The notes under the pieces were generated by a model that was not told the origin of the DNA, did no database searches, and saw only the letters and a program-made list of their open reading frames with translations. Positions 1 to 9,564 of a stretch of 64,000 nt of DNA are shown here, one piece after another. Position 1 is the stretch's first letter, and each line of letters begins with the position of its first letter. Source of the DNA: an uncultured bacterium (GTDB taxonomy: Bacteria > Krumholzibacteriota > Krumholzibacteriia > Krumholzibacteriales > Krumholzibacteriaceae); the NCBI GenBank assembly GCA_963813815.1, contig CAWFAD010000007.1, positions 384,001-448,000 of the forward strand, in the 5' to 3' direction. A program made the position numbers and the translations under genes.

Positions 1-52
1 GGGCGGCCATCCATCAAGGGACAAATGGTGGTCGAGGGGGGTTTTCGGCGCC

Positions 53-100
53 GCTCCATATATTGTGAAAATTGTTGACGCTATATACCATATATGGTAG
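53..100. promoter_or_regulatory. Tandem NrdR-box-like operators
   Basis: GCTCCATATATTGTGA (53-68) and ATACCATATATGGTAG (85-100) fit the NrdR consensus acaCwAtATaTwGtgt and lie 32 bp apart; 86-99 is a perfect 14-bp palindrome. Confidence 0.7.
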
Positions 101-103
101 AAG
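75..103 (+). promoter_or_regulatory. Putative sigma70 promoter upstream of selA
   Basis: TTGACG (75-80), N17, weak -10 TAGAAG with an upstream TG; AT-rich island. Confidence 0.35.
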
Positions 104-128
104 ATGGCAGATTTCGTTACAGTAACGA

Positions 129-1556
129 GTGAAGCAGGTCATGGAAATGCACGAGCACCTCAAAAAGCTGCCGTCGGTGGAGCGTATCCTCGAAGACCCC
201 CGGGTCGCGGGGAGAATCACGCTCCTCTCGCGCAAGGGAGTCACGCGGCTCGTGCGCGAGACGATGGAGGTCTTCCGCGAACGGTTGCTCAAAGGGGATA
301 TGGCCGCGAGCTCCGAGGAGAACGTGCGGGCGTCGATCGCCGACGACGTGGCGCGGAAGCTCGAAACGATCGAGCGCGGCGGGCAGCGCCGCGTCATCAA
401 CGCCACGGGGGTCATTCTCCACACGAACATCGGCCGCGCGATCCTCGGCGAGGGAGCGAGGCGGGCGATCGAGGAGGCCGCTTGCGGATACGTCGATCTC
501 GAGATCGATCTCGAGAGCGGCGAGCGGACGGAGCGGGGAGAGCGCGTTTCTCGGCTTCTCTCGCTCCTCACGGACGCCGAGGACGCGCACGTCGTGAACA
601 ACAACGCCGCGGCCGTGCTGCTCGCCGTCGAAACGCTCGCGGGAGAGGGGGCGGTGGCCATCTCGCGCGGCGAGCTCGTCGAGATCGGAGGCTCCTTCCG
701 GCTGCCCGAGATTCTCTCGCACGCGGCCCGTCGCGTGATCGAGGTCGGCACGACGAACCGCACCCACCGCAAGGATTACGAAAAGGCGATCAAGGAGGGG
801 GCCACACTCCTCCTCAAGGTGCATACGAGCAACTACCGCATCGTCGGCTACACGAACGAAGTGCCGCTCCGCGATCTCGTCGAGCTCGGGCGGGCCCGCG
901 GCGTGCCGGTGATGTACGACCAGGGAAGCGGCGTTCTCTTTCCGCTCGCGACGAGGGGGATCGAGGGGGAGGAGTGCCTCGCCGACGTCATGGCGAGCGG
1001 CGTCGACCTCATGAGCTTCAGCATGGACAAGGTGCTCGGAGGACCGCAGGGAGGAGCGATCGTCGGCAGGGCCGGTCTCATCAGGCTCATGCGCGAAAAC
1101 CATCTCGCCCGGGCGCTCCGTCTCGACAAGATGACGCTGGCGGCCCTCGAAAGCGTGCTGCTCGAATACTGGCGCGGGAGATTCGACGAGGTGCCGGCGC
1201 TGCGCATGATCACGGCCGATATCGAGAGCGTGCGCTCCCGCGCGGAGACGATCGCATCGCGCCTCCGCGAGAGCTGCGCCGGAGGGATCGAAGCGGCGCT
1301 CGAGGAGGCGGAGTCGTCGATCGGGGGAGGGAGCTTTCCCAGTAACCCCTTGCGGTCGGTTCTCGTACGGGTTACTCTTCCCGGGAGCCGCGCGGAGAAG
1401 ATCGCGGCGCGGTTGCGCTCTGGATCGCCCGCGGTGCTCGTCCGTGTCAGGGAACAATCGATCATGATCGATCCGCGTACCGTTCTCCCCGGCGAGGAGG
1501 ACGCGCTCGTCGAGAGGTTCGCAGTGGCATTCGGCGCTCTGTGCCGGAGGGAGTGA
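129..1556 (+). CDS. selA: L-seryl-tRNA(Sec) selenium transferase
   Basis: VINATGVILHTNIGRA, ISRGELVEIGGSFR, EVGTTNRT, KVHTSNY, PLP-lysine motif FSMDKVLGGPQ; start could be ATG 141. Confidence 0.95.
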   Translation: MKQVMEMHEHLKKLPSVERILEDPRVAGRITLLSRKGVTRLVRETMEVFRERLLKGDMAASSEENVRASIADDVARKLETIERGGQRRVINATGVILHTNIGRAILGEGARRAIEEAACGYVDLEIDLESGERTERGERVSRLLSLLTDAEDAHVVNNNAAAVLLAVETLAGEGAVAISRGELVEIGGSFRLPEILSHAARRVIEVGTTNRTHRKDYEKAIKEGATLLLKVHTSNYRIVGYTNEVPLRDLVELGRARGVPVMYDQGSGVLFPLATRGIEGEECLADVMASGVDLMSFSMDKVLGGPQGGAIVGRAGLIRLMRENHLARALRLDKMTLAALESVLLEYWRGRFDEVPALRMITADIESVRSRAETIASRLRESCAGGIEAALEEAESSIGGGSFPSNPLRSVLVRVTLPGSRAEKIAARLRSGSPAVLVRVREQSIMIDPRTVLPGEEDALVERFAVAFGALCRRE

Positions 1557-1562
1557 TTCGTC

Positions 1563-3017
1563 GTGCATGATGAGCGTAGGGCAGCGAAGAAGGACTCCTG
1601 CGGCTCCGTCGAGGGAGGTTTTACGATCTCTCTGGACGAGGACCGCATTCGGGTGTTCATGGAGGCGGGGGATTTTTCGTCGGCGGGCGAGCTCGAGCAT
1701 TTCGCTGGAATCGGCGCCCAGATCGACGCTCGCGTTCGGGGGGGCGGCGGCGGTGTATCGCTGCTCGCGCTCTCGATCGGCGGCAAGGGGCTCGAGCGGG
1801 ATTTCGCCGTGCTCGAGATCGCGCATCTGCTCGCGAAGAACGGCAAGAGCGTGCTCGTCGTCGACTGCGACTTTCTCCACCCGGGGCTCGGCGGCCTCGT
1901 CGAAAACCTCGAGGAGCACGGGTTCCTCGATCTGCTGCTCTACGGAAGCTCGCTCAAGTCGGTGGCGAGGACGATCGGAATCGACGGCGTGACGATCGCC
2001 GGACCGGGATCCTTCCCCGTGTCGCGCACGATTCCCTTCGCCCTCAAGGAATTCGACAAGATCAGGGATTTTCTGCGGTCGAAGCACGATGTCGTGATCT
2101 ACTGCACGACGCTCCACACGGAGGACGGGCGGCTCAACCCGCTCGTTCCGCTCGTCGACGGCGTCATCGTGGCCTGCCGTATCGAGAATCTCGCCGAGGG
2201 CGAGCTCGAGCGGCACGTCGCAGCCCTCGGCGCCGAGCGGGCGAAATCCGTGGAGCTCGTTTGCTTCTGCGGCAGGCGCGAGGAGGCGCCCGTCGCTGCC
2301 GCCGCCCGTCCGGCCCCGGAGGCCGCGCGGGAGGTGCCGCGCATCGAGCTCAAACGCGAGGCGGCCGGGGATGAGGCCCTGCCGGTCCCGGCCGGAGAAC
2401 CCGCGGGGGACGTCGTTCGCGAGGCGGGCGAGCCGGGGGGCGGACGGCGCTTCAGCAGGCTCCGGATTCTGCTCGCCGCCGGCGCCGTGATCGTGGCTGC
2501 CTTCGTCGTCTGGTGGCTGGCGATGAACCGGACGGTGAAGGACGAAGTCTCTCCGGCCGGTCTGCCGTCCGCCGCGGTCGAGCGCCCCGGGGCCGACACG
2601 GGCGCCGCTCCCGTCGACTCGGGAGCGGCCGAAGAGGGCGCGCTCGCCGGCGGAGGACTCGACACCGCCGCGGCGGCCGCGGATGGAGCGGATCGGCAGC
2701 CCTCCCCCGCGGAGCGGGGCACGGAGGAAAAACCGGCCCCCGCCGCCGAAACGGCGCGAACGGGTCCGGCGAAATACACGATACATGTCGCCTCCTTCAC
2801 CGATCCGGTTCGGGCCGAGGCGGAGAAGGAGCTGCTCGAGAAGAGCGGGTTCTCCGTGCGCGTCGTCGAGGTGCCGATCCGCGGAGAGCGGTGGCTCCGC
2901 GTGTTCGCGGGCTCCTACGCGACCACGGAGGAGGCCGACGGCGCGCGGCTCGAGATCCTCGCGCTCAAGGGACACGCCTACGCGCGCATCGTCGAGATCG
3001 ACAAGGCGGGAAGATAG
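1563..3017 (+). CDS. Bitopic SPOR-domain protein with N-terminal degenerate MinD/ParA/BY-kinase-like domain
   Basis: AHLLAKNGKSVLVVDCD; one TM (ILLAAGAVIVAAFVVWWLAM); Pro/Ala linker; C-terminal SPOR (YTIHVASF...WLRVFAGSY); start uncertain. Confidence 0.8.
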   Translation: MHDERRAAKKDSCGSVEGGFTISLDEDRIRVFMEAGDFSSAGELEHFAGIGAQIDARVRGGGGGVSLLALSIGGKGLERDFAVLEIAHLLAKNGKSVLVVDCDFLHPGLGGLVENLEEHGFLDLLLYGSSLKSVARTIGIDGVTIAGPGSFPVSRTIPFALKEFDKIRDFLRSKHDVVIYCTTLHTEDGRLNPLVPLVDGVIVACRIENLAEGELERHVAALGAERAKSVELVCFCGRREEAPVAAAARPAPEAAREVPRIELKREAAGDEALPVPAGEPAGDVVREAGEPGGGRRFSRLRILLAAGAVIVAAFVVWWLAMNRTVKDEVSPAGLPSAAVERPGADTGAAPVDSGAAEEGALAGGGLDTAAAAADGADRQPSPAERGTEEKPAPAAETARTGPAKYTIHVASFTDPVRAEAEKELLEKSGFSVRVVEVPIRGERWLRVFAGSYATTEEADGARLEILALKGHAYARIVEIDKAGR

Positions 3018-3104
3018 CGGGGGGACGCTCTCGGCCCCGCGCGGGAGGAAACGCTCTCCGGCGCGAGGAACGCCGGGATGACGACAGCTGGAGGATGATG
3101 TTAC

Positions 3105-6100
3105 GTGAGCCTTTCTAAGATCGAGCTCGTCGGCTTTAAATCGTTCATGGCGCCGATTACCCTGCAGTTTCGGGAAGGCATCACGGCGATCCTCGGTCCG
3201 AACGGGTGCGGCAAGACGAATATCGTCGACGCGGTGCGATGGGTGCTCGGCGAGCAGAGCGCCCGGCAGCTGCGAGGCGCGAAGATGGAGAACGTGATCT
3301 TCAACGGCACGCAGGCGCACAAGCCGATGGGGTTCGCGTCGGTGAACCTCACGATCAACAACGAGCGCGGACAGTTTCCGCTCGATTTCTCCGAGATCCT
3401 GATCACCCGCAAGGTCTACCGCTCGGGAGTGAGCGAGTATTTCATCAACAAGGCCCCCTGCCGCCTCAAGGATATCCGGGACCTCTTCGCCGATACGGGC
3501 ACGGGGAGCCACTCTTACTCGGTCATCGAGCAGGAGATGATCGACTGGGTTCTCAACAACGTCCACGGCGAACGGCGTCTCATGTTCGAGGAGGCCGCCG
3601 GCATCGTGAAATACCGGATGCGCCGCGAAGAAGCGCAGCGGAAGCTCGATCAGACGGGAGCGGATCTCGTTCGTCTCGAGGATATCCTCGATGAGCTCCG
3701 CAAAACGGTCGGATCGCTCAAGTACCAGATGGCGAAGGCGCGCCGGTACCAGATCATACGCGACCGCATCCGCGGATGGGAGCTCGTCTGTCTCCGGCGT
3801 CAGCTCGGCGAGCTCCTCGCCGAGCGCCGGGAGGCCGACGGCGCGCTCGCGGGGCTCGTCGATCTCACGAAGAACGAGGACACCTCCCTCGCGGATCTCG
3901 AGCGCAGGGTCGAGGAGGCCCGCGCCGCGCATCTCGAGCTCGAGCGCCGGCGTTCGGAGCTTCAGAACGGCCGCTACGATCTGCGCCGCCGGATCGAGTC
4001 GTCCGAGGGAACGATCATCCAGTTCACCGAACGGCAGAGCCACGCGCGCGCCCGCGTGGACAAGGCGAAGCGCGAGATCGAGGAATCCGAGAAGCGTCTC
4101 GCGGGGATCGCGGGCCGGCGCGCCGACGTGGAACGCCACGCCGCCGACACCGATGCGCGCATCGCGGCCGAGGACGCCACGGTCGCCGATCTCGCCCGCG
4201 AGCACCGCGAGCTCTCCGAAAAGATACAGGCGCTCCAGGCGAAGCTCATGGACGCCAAGCAGACGCAGCTCGATTTTCTGCAGGACCGCGTGCGGGCCAA
4301 AAGCTCGCTCGAGCACTACGAGGGAATGCTCGCCGAGCTCGACGGGCGCTCGGCGGAGATCCGGGAACGGATCGCCGACACGGAGCGCGCGGGCGCCGAG
4401 ATCGTGTCGGGCAAGGAGCGCGCCGCAGCCGTTTGCCGGGAGCTGGAGGAGCGGAGCGCGGGACTCGAGCGGGAGCGTCTCGAGCTCGTGGATGCGGTGC
4501 GGGAAACGGAGCGGCGGATTCTCGACGTCGAGCGGCGGCTGGCGGGGAAGAGAGTCGAGCTCGACGCGGTTCGCGGAAAGCACGACCTCCTGCGGCGCAT
4601 GAAGGAGAACTTCGAGGGCTTCCCCGGCGGAGCCCGGCATCTGCTGTCGAACGGCGACGGCAGGATCCGGGGACCGCTCGTCGAGTTTCTCCGCGTCGAG
4701 GATCGGCACCGGAGCGCCGTGGAAGCGGCGCTCGGGGGAATGCTCGAGGGGATCGTCGTCGGCGAGAGCGCCGACGGGCTCGCCCTCGTGCGCGATCTCG
4801 CCTCGGCGAAGCACGGCCGCGTGCGGCTCTTCGCCGCCGCCGATTCCTCCGGCCCGCGCCCGGAGGGCGCCGGATCCCCGGCGGGATCGCTCGGCGCGCT
4901 CTCGTCGTTCGTCGGCGTCGATGAGCCGTACCGGGCGCTCGTCGAGAGCCTGCTCGGAGACGTGTATCTCTTCGACGATCCGGACGCCGCGCTTTCCTTC
5001 GTCGCGTCTCCGGCGGGGAGCTCGGCCTCGGCGGTCACCCTCTCGGGCGTTTCGATTTCGCGCGCGACGGGAATCTATTTCGCGGGAGGAGCGAGGGAGG
5101 AGTTCTCGCTGCTCGGACGGAGCGGCGAGATCGACCGCGCCGCGGAGGCGATCCCCGTTCTCGACGCGGAGATCGTTTCGCTCTCGGGCGAGTGCGCCGA
5201 CGCCCGCCTCGCCCGCGACCGGTCGGCCGTCCGCATGGGCGAGATCGAGGCGGGCATTCGGGATCTCCGGGAGGAGCATGCGCAGCGCAACGAGGAGCTT
5301 CAGGTCCTCGAGCGCGACCACGCAGGGAGCCGCGAGAAGGTGGCTCTCCTCATGAGGTCGGTCGACGAGATCGAGGCGGCGCGCTTCGAAACGCTCTCGA
5401 AGCTCGAGGAGGTGAAGCTCTCCCTCAAGATGCGGGAGGAGGCCGGTTCCCCGGCGGAGGGAGAGTGGATGGAGACCGAGCTCTCGGGTCTGCACAAGCG
5501 CAAGGAAGAGGTCGAGACCGCCACGACCGATCGCCGGGTGGCGCTCGCATCGCTTCGCGGCGGTCTCGAGAAGGATCGCGAGGAGCAGAAGGGGCTCGCC
5601 GAGATGGAGCAGCAGTTCCGCTCGATCGCCGACGAGCGGGGAGGGGAGATCGAGACCTCGACGCGCGAGACGGTTGAGCTTGAGGCCTCGATCGCCGCGG
5701 AGCGCGGTTCGGTCCGCGAGCTGCTCGAGGAAGAGCGGGGTTTCGAGTCGTCGCTCAATTCCCTCACCGGAGAGCTCGAGGAGCGAAGGGGCCAGGCGGA
5801 GGCCGCGGAAAAGGAGCTCAAGAGCCGCGCGGCGGAGCGCGAGCGGATATTCGAAAGGCTGAACGAGACCAAAATCGCGCTCTCGACGATCGGCGCGCGG
5901 ATGGGCGGCCTCATCGAGAAGGGGCGGGAGCTCTACCGCGAGGATCTCGGCTGCTACCTCGAGGGCAAGGAGCTTCCCCTCACCGAGGAGGAATCGACCG
6001 TCGATCGCGACATGCTCGAGCGGGAGCGCCGGAAGCTCGAATCCCTCGGCCCGGTGAACCTGGCCGCGGTCGACGAGTATGCCGAGAAGAAGTCGCGTCT

Positions 6101-6713
6101 CGATTTTCTCGAGGCGCAAAAGGCCGATCTCGTGAAGGCCACCGAGGAGCTTGCCGAGGCGATCGGAAAGATCAACGCCCGCGCGCGCGAGCAGTTTCTC
6201 GAGACCTACACCGCCGTGCGCGCGAATTTCCAGGAAACCTTCAAGATTCTCTTCGAGGGGGGAGAGGCGGACCTCGCCCTCGGCGAGGGGGAGGATCCCC
6301 TCGAGGCGGACATCATCATCACGGCGCGGCCCCGCGGAAAGCGCCTGCAGGATATCGCTCTCCTCTCGGGGGGAGAACGGGCGTTGACGGCCCTCGCACT
6401 GCTCTTTGCCCTCTACAAGGCCAAACCGAGCCCGTTCTGCATCTTCGACGAGGTCGACGCTCCCCTCGACGACGCCAACATACAGCGTTTCGTGCGCATG
6501 CTGCACGTCTTCAAGAAGGACACGCAGTTCATCATCATCACGCACAACAAGCGCACGATGGAAGCGGCCGAGCAGCTGTACGGGGTGACGATGGAGGAGC
6601 TCGGCGTTTCGCGGGTCGTGTCGGTCGATTTCGCGAGCATCGAGCAGGTCATGAAGAACCGCGCGGCCTCCGGACGCGCCTTGATGCCGTCGGAGGTCTC
6701 CTCCAACAACTAG
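3105..6713 (+). CDS. smc: Chromosome segregation protein SMC
   Basis: GFKSF, Walker A GPNGCGKTN, coiled coils, hinge, LGPVNLAA, LSGGE, FCIFDEVDAPLD. Confidence 0.97.
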   Translation: MSLSKIELVGFKSFMAPITLQFREGITAILGPNGCGKTNIVDAVRWVLGEQSARQLRGAKMENVIFNGTQAHKPMGFASVNLTINNERGQFPLDFSEILITRKVYRSGVSEYFINKAPCRLKDIRDLFADTGTGSHSYSVIEQEMIDWVLNNVHGERRLMFEEAAGIVKYRMRREEAQRKLDQTGADLVRLEDILDELRKTVGSLKYQMAKARRYQIIRDRIRGWELVCLRRQLGELLAERREADGALAGLVDLTKNEDTSLADLERRVEEARAAHLELERRRSELQNGRYDLRRRIESSEGTIIQFTERQSHARARVDKAKREIEESEKRLAGIAGRRADVERHAADTDARIAAEDATVADLAREHRELSEKIQALQAKLMDAKQTQLDFLQDRVRAKSSLEHYEGMLAELDGRSAEIRERIADTERAGAEIVSGKERAAAVCRELEERSAGLERERLELVDAVRETERRILDVERRLAGKRVELDAVRGKHDLLRRMKENFEGFPGGARHLLSNGDGRIRGPLVEFLRVEDRHRSAVEAALGGMLEGIVVGESADGLALVRDLASAKHGRVRLFAAADSSGPRPEGAGSPAGSLGALSSFVGVDEPYRALVESLLGDVYLFDDPDAALSFVASPAGSSASAVTLSGVSISRATGIYFAGGAREEFSLLGRSGEIDRAAEAIPVLDAEIVSLSGECADARLARDRSAVRMGEIEAGIRDLREEHAQRNEELQVLERDHAGSREKVALLMRSVDEIEAARFETLSKLEEVKLSLKMREEAGSPAEGEWMETELSGLHKRKEEVETATTDRRVALASLRGGLEKDREEQKGLAEMEQQFRSIADERGGEIETSTRETVELEASIAAERGSVRELLEEERGFESSLNSLTGELEERRGQAEAAEKELKSRAAERERIFERLNETKIALSTIGARMGGLIEKGRELYREDLGCYLEGKELPLTEEESTVDRDMLERERRKLESLGPVNLAAVDEYAEKKSRLDFLEAQKADLVKATEELAEAIGKINARAREQFLETYTAVRANFQETFKILFEGGEADLALGEGEDPLEADIIITARPRGKRLQDIALLSGGERALTALALLFALYKAKPSPFCIFDEVDAPLDDANIQRFVRMLHVFKKDTQFIIITHNKRTMEAAEQLYGVTMEELGVSRVVSVDFASIEQVMKNRAASGRALMPSEVSSNN

Positions 6714-6758
6714 CGTCGGGCGGCCGCGCGGGGCGCGGCGGCGCGCCGGAGGCGGGGC

Positions 6759-7121
6759 ATGCTGATTCTGAAATACGCCCTGATGGTGCTCGCGGGAGCG
6801 GCCGTCGGCGTCGTCGCCTCGTTCGCCGGTCTCGGCGGAGGCATCATCATCGTGCCGCTTCTCATGTTTCTGGGATATACGGCGCAGCGGGCGGTCGGCA
6901 CGTCGGTTCTGGCGATACTCATCATCGCCGTCTCGAGCCTTGTCGCTCATAACAAGCTCACCAACATCGACTATCGGATCGGACTTCTCATGGGCGTCGG
7001 CGGCATCGTTGGCGCGCAGGTCGGCGCCATGCTGCTCGAGGATGTCTCCACGGCGGGGTTCAAAAGGGTTTTCGCCCTGATCCTCGCCGCGCTCTCGTTC
7101 TACCTGTTCTTCAAGAAATAA
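6759..7121 (+). CDS. Half-size TauE/SafE (TSUP) family membrane protein
   Basis: GLGGGIIIVPLL and AVGTS motifs, about 4 TM segments, 120 aa. Confidence 0.8.
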   Translation: MLILKYALMVLAGAAVGVVASFAGLGGGIIIVPLLMFLGYTAQRAVGTSVLAILIIAVSSLVAHNKLTNIDYRIGLLMGVGGIVGAQVGAMLLEDVSTAGFKRVFALILAALSFYLFFKK

Positions 7122-7157
7122 GCCGGGAACACGTCGATTGACGCGGAGAATGCGCGA

Positions 7158-8050
7158 ATGAGGGGATTGTTTCAGGGGCTGCGCCGGACGAAGGAGCGCC
7201 TCTTCGGCTCGATCCAGCAGGTCCTCTCGGGGGCTCGCTCGACGCGGGCGCCATCGAAGACCTCGAGGGGATTCTTCTCGGCGCCGATATAGGTGTCGAG
7301 GCGACCGAGCGGATCATCGAGCGGCTCCGCGAGCGCTCCGGCGGAGCGGCCGCGGCCGTCGATTTGCGGCGCGTCATGGGGAAGGAGCTCCTCGCGATCA
7401 TCGGCGAGACGCCGAGGCCGTCGCCGCCTCCGGGCAGGCCTCGCGTGATCGTTGTCATCGGCGTAAACGGCGTCGGCAAAACGTCTACCATCGGAAAGCT
7501 CGCGCATCGCCTGAAGTCGGAAGGGAGCTCCGTTCTGCTCGCGGCCTGCGACACCTTCAGGGCGGCGGCGATCGATCAGCTCGAGTTGTGGGCCTCCCGC
7601 GCGGATGTTCCCCTCGTCCGCCAGCAGATGGGCTCGGACCCGGCCGCCGTCGCCTTCGACGCGGTTCAGGCCGCCCGCGCGCGAGGCGTCGACGTCGTCA
7701 TCGTCGACACGGCCGGGCGGCTGCACACGCGGGTCAATCTCATGGAGGAGCTGAAAAAGGTGTTCACCGTTCTCTCCACGCGCATGGAGGGGATCGCGCT
7801 CGAAGGCTGGCTCGTCCTCGACGCCAACACCGGCCAGAACAGCCTCCGGCAGGCGGAGGCCTTTACGGCGTCTCTTCCCGTCACGGGGCTCGTTCTCACG
7901 AAGCTCGACAGCACCGCCAAGGGCGGCGCCGTGATCGCCATCCAGCAGAAGCTCGGAATCCCCGTTCTGTACGTCGGGCTCGGCGAGGGAGTGGAGGATC
8001 TCGCGCCGTTCGATCCGGGCGAATTCGTCGAGGGCATACTCGGGGAATGA
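7158..8050 (+). CDS. ftsY: SRP receptor FtsY (NG only), apparent 1-nt frameshift in G5 at 7229-7233
   Basis: MRGLFQGLRRTKERLFGSIQQVLSG from ATG 7158 continues in the -1 frame as LDAGAIEDLEGILLGADIGVEAT; GVNGVGKTSTIGKLA, DTFRAAA, DTAGR, TKLDSTAKGG. Confidence 0.92.
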
Positions 8051-8092
8051 CCGGAGCGGGCATCCGCAGCGCCTCCGCGCCGATTTGACTCC

Positions 8093-8121
8093 TTGACAGG
8101 CGTGTTCCGGCAACGTAACAT
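8093..8121 (+). promoter_or_regulatory. sigma70 promoter of rib operon
   Basis: TTGACA (8093-8098), N17, TAACAT (8116-8121), directly before the riboswitch. Confidence 0.75.
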
Positions 8122-8153
8122 GTTGGTTATGAGCCCCTCCGCGGGGCGCTGAA

Positions 8154-8266
8154 ACCTTCGGGGCGGGGTGCAAGTCCCCACCGGCGGTATAGCCCGCGAA
8201 TGAGCCGACGCTCACCGATCCGGTGCGATTCCGGAGCCGACAGTGACAGTCTGGATGGAAGAAGGT
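8154..8266 (+). ncRNA. FMN riboswitch (RFN element)
   Basis: CTTCGGGGCGGGGTGCAAGTCCCCACCGGCGGT...AGCCCGCGA...GATCCGGTGCGATTCCGGAGCCGACAGT...AGTCTGGATGGAAGAAG; upstream of ribD. Confidence 0.96.
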
Positions 8267-8421
8267 GCATTTTTATTGCCCGGACCGTGCTGCATTCCGA
8301 GCCTCTCCATCTATGAGCTCCCGAGGATCCGCGCGCGAATAGGATCGTGCGTCCGCTTCGCGCGCGGGGAACGACCGTCTTCATCAGGGCCGCGGCCCCT
8401 ACCGCGGCTCGGGACTGCGGC

Positions 8422-9564
8422 ATGAGCGCGGAAGAGGGATATCTGCACAGGGCGCTCGAGCTGGCCGGGAAGGCCCTCGGCGAGACCTTTCCGAATCCGC
8501 TCGTCGGCGCGGTGATCGTGAAGGACGGCGAGATCGTCGGCGAGGGGTATCATCGCGGGGCCGGCTGTCTCCATGCCGAGATAGAGGCGATCAGTGCGGC
8601 GGGGGAGCGCTCGCGAGGCGCCACCCTCTACCTCAACCTCGAGCCGTGCTGCCATTTCGGAAAGACGCCTCCCTGCACGGAGGCGCTCGCGGCGGCGGGG
8701 ATCGCCCGCGTCGTTTTCAGCATGTACGATCCCGATGAACGCGTGCGCGGCCGGGGCGCCTCGTCTCTCCGCTCGCTGGGGATCGCGACGGAGGCGGGAA
8801 TCTTGGCGCGCGAGGCCCTCGAGCTCAACCTTCCCTACGTGCACCGCAGTCTCACCGGCGAGCCCTTCGTCGTGGTCAAGCTCGCCTCCACCCTCGACGG
8901 GAGGCTCTCGAAGGGCGCCGGGCGGATGCTCTCCGGCGACGCGGAGCAGCGCTACGTCCACCGGCTGCGCGCCTGGACCGAGGCGATCGCGATCGGCATC
9001 GGCACCCTCGAAAAGGACGCTCCGCGGCTCGACCGGCGGCTCTATCGCGACGACATGGCGCCGCCGGCGCGCATGGTCTTCGATTCCGAGCTGCGTTTTC
9101 CGCCGGACTATCCGTGGCTCGTCCGCGGCGAGCGGGTCATCGTCTACTGCAGCACGCACGGCGACCGCGACCGGCGGAGCCGTCTCGAGGCCGCCGGCGC
9201 CGAGGTCGTGTCGCTGCCCGCCGGTCCCGGCGGCGTCGATCTCGAATACTGGATGGATGACGTCGCGGAGCGGGGGATCACCTCCGTGCTCGTCGAAGGG
9301 GGCGGGGAGGTCGCGACGTCCTTCATTCGCGAGGGACTCTTCGAACGCCTCGTTCTCTGCTACGCGCCGGCCCTCGGCGGGGGCGAGGCGGTCGGCTGGT
9401 ATCAATCGGCCGCGCCCCCCGGATGGCTCGCCGAGGAGGGGCTTTCCCTCACGCGGCTCGATGCGCTGGACAACGATTTCGCCGCCGTGTACGATTCGCG
9501 GCCGATCGCGCGCTATCTCGAAACGGTGACGGAGGAAGAGAAGATTGTTCACTGGACTGATTGA
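8422..9564 (+). CDS. ribD: Bifunctional riboflavin deaminase/reductase
   Basis: PNPLVGAVIV, HAE, LEPCCHFGKTPPC, KLASTLDG, SVLVEGG. Confidence 0.95.
   Translation: MSAEEGYLHRALELAGKALGETFPNPLVGAVIVKDGEIVGEGYHRGAGCLHAEIEAISAAGERSRGATLYLNLEPCCHFGKTPPCTEALAAAGIARVVFSMYDPDERVRGRGASSLRSLGIATEAGILAREALELNLPYVHRSLTGEPFVVVKLASTLDGRLSKGAGRMLSGDAEQRYVHRLRAWTEAIAIGIGTLEKDAPRLDRRLYRDDMAPPARMVFDSELRFPPDYPWLVRGERVIVYCSTHGDRDRRSRLEAAGAEVVSLPAGPGGVDLEYWMDDVAERGITSVLVEGGGEVATSFIREGLFERLVLCYAPALGGGEAVGWYQSAAPPGWLAEEGLSLTRLDALDNDFAAVYDSRPIARYLETVTEEEKIVHWTD

Noticed and set aside
1554..1600. Selenocysteine readthrough of TGA stops near selA
   Set aside because: Proteins are complete at their TGA; no homology-supported continuation or convincing SECIS seen
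6714..6758. GC hairpin after smc as terminator
   Set aside because: No U tract; such stems are expected by chance at this GC content
117..6950. 2277-aa minus-strand ORF and other long antisense or off-frame ORFs (e.g. 23634-27668, 55958-58663)
   Set aside because: Shadow ORFs of high-GC genes with biased codon usage; no recognisable motifs; fully overlap well-supported + strand genes
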